From assembly GCA_000165425.1 (NCBI GenBank), contig CT868219.1, positions 190,728-254,727 of the forward strand: a stretch of DNA of 64,000 nucleotides, given 5' to 3'. The stretch is from Paramecium tetraurelia. Lineage: Eukaryota. A model generated the notes under the pieces. It was not told the origin of the DNA. It saw nothing but the letters and a program-made list of their open reading frames with translations, and ran no database searches. Positions 53,216 to 64,000 of this stretch are shown here, piece after piece (within the stretch, counting starts at the first letter, position 1; every line of letters starts with the position of its first letter). The position numbers were made by a program, and so were the translations under genes.

Positions 53216-53730
53216 ATGGTAAAGTATCAAATATATTTGTTAGAGTGGCATAGCTAAGAGTGCAAAAGGCGGAAAAGGTGGAAAAGGTGGAAAAGGAGGA
53301 AAATTTGGATAAGGCAAGAATAAGAAGGCCCCTTAATCTAGGTCTTTGAAGGCTGGACTTTAAGTAGAAAGTTAATCAATTATAAGTTCCCTGTTGGTCG
53401 TATTCACAGATATTTGAAGCAAAGAGTCTCTGCCAAAAACAGAGTAGGAACAACATCTGCTGTTTATACATCAGCAATATTAGAATATTTAACAGCTGAG
53501 GTTCTTGAATTAGCAGGAAATGCTTCTAAAGACTTTAAAGGTAATTCTAAATATTAAATTTCTTCTTAGTGAGAAGAATCACACCAAGACATCTTTAATT
53601 AGCTATTAGAGGTGATGAAGAACTCGACATTCTCATTAGAGCCACTATTGCTGGTGGTGGAGTGATCCCCCACATTCATAAAGCATTGATAGGCAAATAA
53701 ACACCAGAGGGAGGTCTTCCAAAGGAATGA
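53216..53730 (+). CDS. H2A.Z: Histone H2A variant H2A.Z (hv1-type)
   Basis: GGK-repeat tail, [53 protein letters not shown]; three introns, the first directly after ATG; AGCCAATC at ~53136. Confidence 0.96.
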
Positions 53731-54751
53731 TATATATTATATTAATTCATAAGAATTATTTTTATGATGGAAAGAAAACCTTTTACAAATAATATTTTGA
53801 AATTAAATTCTACAACAAATTAGTTCCTTTGTAAAACTTGTAAAGCAAAATAGATCTAAGAATTTTTTTTCATAAAGTCCCTGCTAAAATTTTCTCATTG
53901 ATTATTTTAAGATAATATTATCAAGGATTCTGATAAATTGTTTATCGAATATTAATATCTATTATTTTATACAATTTCAAACAAATATAAGCATCCTATT
54001 CAAAACTAAATTTGAAAAATTTAACATATCAAAACTTATTTTATACATAAGAATTAAATTTGAAATTCATTGAAGATGATAAATATCATTTTATTATGAT
54101 TAATTAGCTATTTCAGAATGCTTTTCTAAAAAGTTAATTTTATAGTATTTCTTTACAAAAAATTACCTATTATTAAAGTAGTTTTCTGATATCTAAAAGT
54201 GTAACAATAAGCAATTATTAAAGTAAACAAGTTCTTTAATAATGATATTTGGAATAAAGATGTTTCCAAAATATTATGAAATCACAACATTTTGAATGAT
54301 CTAGTAACAGTCATCATCATAAGCATTTTTAGTGAAATTGTATGAGACAGAGAATATATTTTAGAGTAATGTTATTTTATTAGTAGATTGAAAATAATAG
54401 CACTAATAATTATTAATTAACGATTAAATATAAATGATAAAACATCATATAAGGTAATATCTATTTTTTCTTATGGTAATTAATACAACTTTAAAGTAAG
54501 GTGGACCTCTAAGGAAATATACCCTTATATTACTTATAATAGTACTATTTCTCATAGACGCGATTTAAAAATAAAATGTAATTTTTATTTATTTTACAAG
54601 ATACATCTCGATTTATTGAGACAAGAGCCCTTCTTATTTGTATAATAAGGCTCTAGGGTGCTCTGTTACTCTATAAAGGATATGTATATATGTTTATAAA
54701 TTGATAATATATATATATATATTGATATCAATTCCTCGTAAAATTGACATC

Positions 54752-55501
54752 TCAAAAGCTGAAATAAGAAGCTGAAAGCTCTTCGATAGATTTTTCAAAC
54801 ATGTCGTGGTTCGAAAAAATTATCGATGAGATTTCAAATTCAACATTCATTTCAGCCTCACCTTCGTAATTGTATTAATAAGAGAAGACCTCTTGATTAC
54901 AATTATCACTAGTGTTGTGACTATGGAAGGCATCTGAATTGTCTTGGATGATGTTGTTGGTGGAATAAGAGTGGTCTGAGGATTCAAAACAAAGTGAGTC
55001 ACTTTTTGAGTCACTTCTAGTGTCAGATACATTCATAAGTTCTCCTGTTTTTAAATAATTTTGAATAATATCTAAGATATTATTGACTATTTAGTCTATG
55101 ATCCTTCTTTTGTTAGAGTCTATCTTTTGGGTAGGGATCAAGTGGGCAAACATAGAGTTATTTTAAGGAGGAATAACCTCCTTAACAATTGAAATGATTA
55201 ACTTTCTTAATTTTTTCTCATTCATAGACTAAGATTAGAAAAATAATGATACCTAGATTGAAGTGTTCTAAAGTAATTGGTCAATTCCATATCGTGTGAC
55301 AGCCTCTTTAAGGCCCTTGTACTCTGATTTTCTCTCGTAGCCATGGACAGATTGGATGGTCTTTAAATTTTTATTTAATCTTCTGGCGATCTCTTAGCAA
55401 CTCACGCCTTATGACTTTAAATCCATGGTGATGCAGCGCTCATCATCACTTAATTTATCATACGTCTTCCTTCTTCTGGAAGAGCTTTAATCTTAATTCA
55501 T
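54752..55501 (-). CDS. HTH DNA-binding protein with a transposase-like N-terminal HTH (paralog 1)
   Basis: RRRKTYDKLSDDERCITMDLKSQGVSCQEIARRLNKNLKTIQS; one intron; acidic/Ser-rich tail. Confidence 0.72.
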
Positions 55502-55730
55502 AATAAAAAATATTAATAAAAAAATGGTATTTTGCTCAGGTTTAGTATGAAAAATAATAACTGAGGGTTCCGTTAGTATTTATTTAACAATTTAATTAAT
55601 GTTTTTTTTCAAAAATTATGTGTAATTTGGAAAAATAAATAAAATGAAATTTTCCTTTTATTATTAATTCAAATTAAGAAATACCAAGATTTAAAGTTTT
55701 ATTATAGTTGATATAAATTTAAAAGGACGC

Positions 55731-56433
<703 letters not shown>

Positions 56434-56611
56434 TTATTAAATAAATTGATAATATTATAAATAAAAGGACATCTTAATATTTGCATTATTAACTAATAAT
56501 AGCCTGAAATCCAGATTTCAAAATATATAGTTTGATTGCGTGATCAAGCTACATAAATTACTCTCCTTAAACATAACATTCAATAATTTTGAAGTTAATT
56601 TTACATATAAA

Positions 56612-57240
56612 TCATTATAGAAATGCATAGTTATTTTTGTGTGATATTAACAAAGACATCAGATAATAATATGCCTTTGTTAAATGGAGTGGGATTGGTT
56701 ATTCATATATATTACTGGGAACCTCAGCCTTTTTCTCTTCGAACTCTTCCTTTGTGATTATGGTTGTTTATTGACTGTCATTCATTTTTTAATTTGTATT
56801 TTGAACCTTCTCAACTATGTTTAATATTATTTATTATATAATTCTTCTCTTATTGGAGAACTTTTTTTATTCTGGAATTAGATTCCAAAACTTTGATGTC
56901 TGCTCTTCCAACTACTCTTTGATAAGCTTATTTGCCTACTTCCCTATGATTTTCAAATTCGTTTTCTAAAATTAATCATAAAATATACATCCAAACTTTA
57001 CATTTCCATTATTTGTTAGAATCCGTAATCGATCAAAGCTTTCTTCAAATCAGCATATTCAGATTTCTTCTCAATCGATTTTATTGATTATATAGTTTTA
57101 ATATTTTTTTTCATCAGTTCACTTATTTCTCTACAAGTTGAACCATTTACTTTCATTTTTACTATTTATTCTCTTTCTTCTTATGTAATCTTATCATATT
57201 TTCTACTTCTCTATCTGATCTTTCTTGAATATTTCACCAT
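56612..57240 (-). CDS. HTH DNA-binding protein with a transposase-like N-terminal HTH (paralog 2)
   Basis: RSRKYDKITQEEREQIVKMKVNGSTCREISELMKKNIKTIQS...KSEYADLKKAL; clearly homologous to 54752-55501. Confidence 0.72.
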
Positions 57241-58669
57241 AAAAAAAATAATAATGATTTAAACTTCATTAACAAAGATTTATATAAATTTCTAATTAAA
57301 ATTGCAATTATTTGCACTAATGAAGAAATTAAATGATATGGTATTTGTAATTACATTGTTGTTTTGCCTACACCATTATTCTGTTATTTAATGCCAAAAT
57401 TACAAAATCCCATCCCATTTAAATTATCCTCCTATCGCTTATTTTAAATTTCATTTGTATTATATCCACAACACTCATTCTGATCTTCCTATTTCTTGCA
57501 TATCTTATTATGTAATTAAAATTCTCATTTTTCATATGGAATTTTCCTAAACTATATTTCTTAAATAATATTATTCAAGATCATTTATTCTCTACCAAAA
57601 TTATAAATTTAATCACCATCTCATTTGACAACCATATATATTCAATTTGCAATAAACTAATATACTTCAATTCTATTTTTAGATTCCTTATTTGAATAGT
57701 ACACAAATGATAATCTAAATTAATTTGCTAAATCACAATATTGAAATGTCTAAATATATTTAATCATAAATGATTAGCTTCTTCATTAAAGTCTATAAGT
57801 TAAGTGCATACACTAATTACTAATTAAGATTATATGATTTTTTTTCTTAATACCTACTAAAAATTTAATTAAATTTCATATTATTTCATTCTCTTTTTCC
57901 AATAGATTTGAATAACTATTTTATGGGTTTTGTTGTTATTTTCTATAAAATTAAGGCTAATAGACATGGGGAGCATTACTTGATTACTAAATTCAAATGA
58001 TGAGAACAAATTCCTCAATTATCAAAATATACATTAAATTATCTAATTATGATTTGATGCTTTGCAGTTTAGATAATTTAACTTTATAGCCAAAAAATAA
58101 AACAAAAATAAATATTTTCTTTTAGCATGAGAATAAAATTTCATAGATCTAAGCTAACATATGATAATTACGCCTTAAAATTTTACATTTATAATTGCAG
58201 AGCAATATGAAGAGATTTCTTGATGTTATTTCTATCTTATAGATTAAAAAATCAAATATAAAACTTGATATAGATCATTATCATAGATTTTTTTATTATC
58301 AAATAACATTAAATTATTATAATCTAAAATATTTTAATTTAGATATATATTGTATAGAGAAATTAGTGAATTAAGGTTCACACATAAAAATATTTTTCAA
58401 ATTAAATAAAAAACGAGAATTATATAGTGATTTCAATTATTGAAGAGTTCAATATTAAATTATTTTATCTGAATGGTCTTGGTCTTGGTTTATTTTATGT
58501 GGCTGCGGAAAAATTAACAAATTTCTATACTTCATTGTTTAAGCAGTACAGGACCCCCTCTAAAATGGTCATTTTTAAGGAATTTTTTGTTTTGGAATTC
58601 TTCAAATAAAAGAAATAATTCAATAAGCTCCTCAAAACCCCCTTACACAATTATCATTGCACAAATACC

Positions 58670-58933
58670 ATGAAGCCCCAAATTTAAAGAAGCATTAAGA
58701 AAAAGATAAGAAAACACATTATACACATGATCATATTATATGAGAAAAATCTTAGTTCCCCTCACAACACAAATCAATATCTCCTAACAAAGCATCCAAG
58801 TTTAGAAACAAGTCCAGAAACAGAAGTGAAAGAACCTGGGAGTATGTTATCATTCTTATTAAACGAAGAAAGACCCTAAATAAACTCTTCTTATTCTATA
58901 ATCTCTAAATCAGAATAAATTGTAACAAATTGA
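58670..58933 (+). CDS. Small basic protein with SPHNTNQYLL motif (an alternative in-frame ATG lies at 58565)
   Basis: MKPQIQRSIKKKIRKH...NLSSPHNTNQYLLTKH...EPGSMLSFL...IVTN-TGA. Confidence 0.55.
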
Positions 58934-59300
58934 AACGAGCTCTTGTAAATGAATAGTGATTTGCTCAATCATAAGACTCAATATTTATATGTATTTCATT
59001 GCATTTAGAGTATCTATATATATATATATAAGGATAATTTTAATTTTTATTTCTCACACAGTTTATAATTCATAAATTCCAAGCACAAGAATCAATGCAT
59101 ATATTAAATTGCAAATTAAAAGTTTGAAATTTAGGAAGTCGGAAACAACCAGAATAATATTACTCTCGAAAGTATTACACAAATTAGTAATATTGACTTG
59201 TATAGAATAACTTCTAAATTTTCAGCCAAAAATAAAAAGAAACTAATTATAAAATTAATTATATGAAGTTTTTGAATTTATATATATAGTCTCAATTGAA

Positions 59301-59873
59301 TCACTCAGTTAATGTCTTAATAATATTAAATTCATCAGAATGAAAAGCTATCCACAATATGAGACTTATACTAAAGAATACTAATGATAAATTTATTATT
59401 AAATATATCAATACAAATTTAACAAGATTCCCACAAGGTTCTTAGTAAAAATAAACAATCTTAAAATTAAATAATTTGAATTACTGTCAGAGCAGTTAGA
59501 AATATTGCTTATTATGTGAATTCAACACTTACAATAACCCCAAACATATTGCTAGAATACTCTTTATTTATGCAAGGATAACATCCACAGGGACATACCA
59601 CCAATAAAATAAAGAGTCCTAACAGAATTAATACTATTCCATGATAGTATGAAAACCCTCCTAAATAAAAGCAAACATCATTGTATTCTATCATCAAAAA
59701 CAAATATATATACCATTCCTTGAATATTTAACAAAGTAGAGTCCTATGATAAGGTTAAATATTATTAATATAGTGCAAGTTACATTAAATTTAGTCTTTG
59801 AATTTGATTATGGTGCTTCTTCAATAGGATTTTAATTTTATAACTAATGCTCTTCTTCTGATTCTTTTTGCAT
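59301..59873 (-). CDS. Small four-transmembrane hypothetical protein
   Basis: Acidic N-terminus MQKESEEEH, four hydrophobic segments with luminal Cys (DVC, EPCG); short introns, exon structure partly uncertain. Confidence 0.6.
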
Positions 59874-60417
59874 AAACGGATTATTAAATAAATAAATAAA
59901 TCATCTAATTACTTCTTTCTAAGATCATTTTGTATTATAGAGCTTGAGAAAGGTTTTTAGGAAAGAATCACTTACACACTAGAAAAATTATATTAAAAAA
60001 GGCTTATTTCATATTAATTTTGAAATATTTGGATTAAAATTAGACTTTTAGTTTTTAGATTTCATCAATAAATTTTTTAATTCTTCAAGAAAGGCAGATA
60101 TTATATAGTTAATCCATAGGCAAGTTAAACTTTGTGAAATTCAAAATAAACTAAATAAAGAATTTATATGGAAAAATCAAAATATATAAATTTTTCATGA
60201 ATGGAGTTAAAGATTATATTAAGAATTGTGAGTTTTTAATATGGTATAGAAAGTAAAAATAGATTGAATTGAAAAATAATACATGATAGGATTACCAATA
60301 ATATATTAAAGATGTAGTAAATTTGAGAGTAGATTAAGATTGCCAATTATTAAATAATCTAAAGATAACTAAAATGAAAAAGATATCATAAAATAATTTA
60401 TAATGTATATATTACTA

Positions 60418-62191
60418 TCATGGATTCTTCTCCTATTCAATTCTGTTATAGTCTTATTTGTTTCTCAATTTATCAGTTTTCTCTTTAATAGACTTCACAA
60501 ATTTTCTCCATTTAGTACACAACAAAACTATTAATAGGATAAAAATTGCCTAGATTAAAATTATAATATACCGATGAAATACAAGAAACAGTAATAATTA
60601 GAGTAAGACTATCCGATTCCAATAGAGTGCCATCAGATGTTACTGATATCTTTTAGATCATTTAGCATTAAATGTAAGGAGATTTTTCTTAATCTTGATA
60701 ACAATAAGATGCATTCGATTTTAATGTGTACTACTTTTCAACTCTTGAATCAAAACTGCATGCTATAAAGGAATTGTAATTTCTAAATTTCCAAGCATGA
60801 ATGGATTTCTTAGATAGCCCAACATAATAAATGGTCTTTGAATATCTCTAAGATTATTCAACCACTTAAGTAAAATGCTAAAACTTAATTAATTAATCTT
60901 CAAAGAAGGTTCGAACGAGTTCCTTATTGTTCTTGACAAACCCATTAAATATCGAATGCTTTATGATCATGTGAGTATCTTCAGCAATAAAGAAGGCATA
61001 TTCATCTGTCATTTAGATATCAACAAAGGTAAAGTCGTCAACATAAACTCTATTGACATAATAGGTGTTAGCATTGAAGTCCAAGAATATTTCCAAAATA
61101 TATTGAATGTGATTGACAGTTTCTGCAACCACCATCAATGTATTTCCATAAAAATCAAATGCTATTGTTCTTGGAATTGGTATCCTCATTTTCAAAACAC
61201 TTTTTGATATATTTTAGATGTCAAAGATAAATAATCCCAGATCTTCATCTAATACATATAATAAGGTGTCATTTATTTTCACTCCAATAATGTAAATTTA
61301 TTGATTTGAATTCATCTCCATTTATACATTACCAATTGTGGTCAAATAATAAATTTTCTTCTCAAAATTACTGCTAATCTTATATCCGCATCTGTATATA
61401 TCAACACCATCCTCGCCTGCTGCAATAGCCACAATACTCTCAAAAGTAAATATCTTTATAATCTCCTTCCTTATAATGAAATTCTTGTCTTATTCTGGCA
61501 AAATTTCTGTTTTCGGATCATCAAAGTCAACGAATTTAGGAATCCAAAAGGCACCATATTGAGATATTACCAAACAATTTAAATGACCCTAAATTTATAT
61601 TCATGTAAACCTTTGGACAACTAAAGTATGCATTAGTCCTGATTGATTAGTCCTCAAGATTAATATATTATTTCAAGTCTATTTATTTCAGTTATTAGGA
61701 GACTACCCAATATTTTGTACTAAGTTTGAATTACAATAGCACCAAATCCTAAGTTACTACGTACATGTTTGAATAATCTGTTGCTGTAATAATTTCAGAA
61801 TAGAATGTATCATTGCTTGAATTCCAGATGTGGTAATCCATTAATTCTGTCAATTAGGGATACTTTGGAAATGCCACACATTCTATTATTAAATCTTAAA
61901 TTAATACAATTTTCAACAATAAAATGATCTAGATCAAGATTATCTAAGGATACGTAAGGTGTCTCAATTATTTTCCCATCCTCATCAATTAAATCTATAT
62001 CATATGCTTCAGAGATGCTAAGAATTAAATTCCACAAAATACTTTAAAGCAAAAATATTTTATTTATTATGGATTGTTTATAAGGAGATATCAGGAAGCA
62101 TTGCTTATAGCGTATGTGATTATTATGATCGTACTCTGGAAGTGCTAACTCCAAAAGAAAGTTGAATCTATGTTAGAAGTAATAAAATCAT
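60418..62191 (-). CDS. Predicted type I membrane/surface protein with a beta-rich ectodomain
   Basis: Hydrophobic N-terminus MILLLTQIQLSFG, beta-rich repeats (IAAGEDGVDIY...), hydrophobic helix near the C-terminus, charged tail ending EQEKNP-TGA; start uncertain. Confidence 0.6.
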
Positions 62192-62676
62192 TAATTATTT
62201 AATCAAATTATATGAGCTTTTTCCCTCTTTAATTATTCAATCGTTGGTTAAATGAAAAATAACTTCAATTTATTCTTTCGAATTGGGTTTATTTATTGAG
62301 GTTTTCATTTGTGTTGATAGCTTAAATTATAGACAATTGTATTTTTATTTTAATGAGAATATGTTTTTTATATTTATTTGAATATATTTAAATTCTTTAT
62401 GTTTTATTATTCTTCTTTTGAAACTTATCACACTTAACAATCTTTTGTTTATTGTATAGTTTTTTAGTGTATAAATTGGTAGAATCTTGATTTTACATGT
62501 AAGATTGAATCAATTTGTAAATATTTGTAGTGTTTTTAATATTCAATATTAGATACAATAATTAAAAAAGGAGAGTATATAAATAACACTCTTATAAATA
62601 AATACATACAACCTAAGGAGGATACAATCCATTAAGACCCACATAATAATCATAACCTTTGGATGATTCTACATAA

Positions 62677-64000
62677 TCAGTTGGTAATTTTGGCTTAAAC
62701 ATCTCTTTTGTATGTTGTATTTTGAGAGCCAACTTAACTTGAATAAATTCTGTAAACATCATCAAAGGTATTTTGCTCTTCTTAGAGAGTTTCAGTTACA
62801 GACTTAAAGTGGGCCTCTGAAGAAGCTAAATCCTAAGAATAATGTAAGAGAATATACTTCATTAGCTAGATCAATAGAGTTTTGGATTTTCTTTAATCTG
62901 TCTTTGCAAGCAGCAGTAGCTTAAAGGATGGTTATCAATTAATTTTGTAATTTTTCCTATAATTAAATATATTAAAAGTGTTACTAGATTAACATCTTCA
63001 GCTACTAAATGTCCTTTGAATGTTTCATTTTCCCTTTGAATCAATCCCTTGAAATCACTGTAACCCATAGCTGAATTAACTTGGTTATCTTGTTTCTTTC
63101 CAAATGAACCTCTTACTTAATCTTCTAAAATGTCCAAGAAATTTAGCAATTCTTATTAAGCAACTGTGAATTATGAATAATCTTTGCCAGATCCGGCTTC
63201 AGCAGGAGCCTTTTATCCCTTTTCAATAATTTTGTTGAATGCAGCAGCTTCTTTTGCTAATTATTCATTGGTAGCTTTTTCTTCAGCTTCTAATGGATGT
63301 TCAGGAACAGGGGCATCAGGTTCCTCATGAGCATCACCTAAACTTTGTTATTCTACTTCCTCTGTGGGAGCTTCTGCTTCAGTAGCTGATTCTTCAGTTG
63401 TTTCAACATCTGGAGCAGCATCTACTTAATTTTCAGAAACGGTTTCTGTGCTATCAACAGCTTCTGGTTCATCATATACATGAGGGGGCTCATTATCTTC
63501 GGATGTCACTTCTGGTTCTTCACCATCATCAGCCAAAAAGGATTTGAGTTAAATGAATTGAGCAGATTACAAAAGGGTTGGTAAATCAGTCTAGTTATTG
63601 CTTTATTAATTACTTCTTTTGCATTCTTTACAGCTCTTCTGAGGAAGGCAATCAAATTTAGAGTTTTCTTAGAATTTTTGATATCATTAATGAAATTAGC
63701 ATTGGATTCACATCTGTTGACATCTAATCTTGAGAGTCTTTCATTATTCTCTTTGATTCTTTTCTCTAACCAATTGATATAGCTGAGTGTAATTCTAATG
63801 TCTCTTTCTTTGTTTGCCCACTCTTGATCTCTTCTATTACATTCACCTCTTTATGTTGATGCAGATCTCATTAAATCATTTACGATGTCTTGTTTTTGCT
63901 GTTCAAATGTCATATATAATCAATTACATATCTGGTTGTTTCCCAATCGCTCTCCAATTATTATAATTGTTTGCTTGTCTCATTTTTTAAATCGCCTAGC
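62677..64000 (-). CDS. Trichocyst matrix / granule lattice-like secretory protein, 5' end outside the window
   Basis: Two coiled-coil halves with paired Cys (GECNRRD...NRCESNANF; TAACKDRL), FIQLKSFL motif and an acidic linker; short introns; ends KRDVQAKITN-TGA. Confidence 0.7.

Noticed and set aside
53265..53305. GGAAAAGGT tandem repeat
   Set aside because: Simply encodes the GGK repeats of the H2A.Z N-terminal tail

Overview
AT-rich, gene-dense eukaryotic DNA with the hallmarks of a Paramecium-type ciliate macronuclear chromosome. TAA/TAG are read as Gln, TGA is the only stop, introns are 20-31 nt GT..AG, and many intergenic spacers are tiny. The supplied ORF track uses the standard code and is therefore largely uninformative; genes were re-read by hand with the ciliate code, so exon boundaries are approximate. 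About 30 protein genes were found: an FG-repeat nucleoporin, a ~9.8 kb HUWE1/Tom1-type HECT ligase, MLF, importin-7/8, a cNMP-binding protein, MEMO1, V-ATPase V0 subunits a and d (adjacent), a Cys-type glutathione peroxidase, a DHHC-family protein with DHHE, ferritin, aspartate aminotransferase, YKT6, a mitochondrial carrier, ZPR1, a single-module ZPR1 paralog, a YciC-type COG0523 GTPase, a C2-domain membrane protein, a Ser/Thr kinase, H2A.Z, Rab2, three HTH proteins and a trichocyst-matrix-like protein. There is also a decayed PP2A-family pseudogene. The most notable items are the co-oriented COG0523 + ZPR1 + half-ZPR1 zinc-related cluster, a prokaryote-like intronless ferritin, the DHHE pseudo-palmitoyltransferase, two transposase-like HTH-only paralogs flanking Rab2, a small HEXIM-like PHNT protein, and six +1 frame breaks in otherwise intact conserved genes (most likely assembly errors). 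No tRNA, rRNA, CRISPR array or complete mobile element was recognised.
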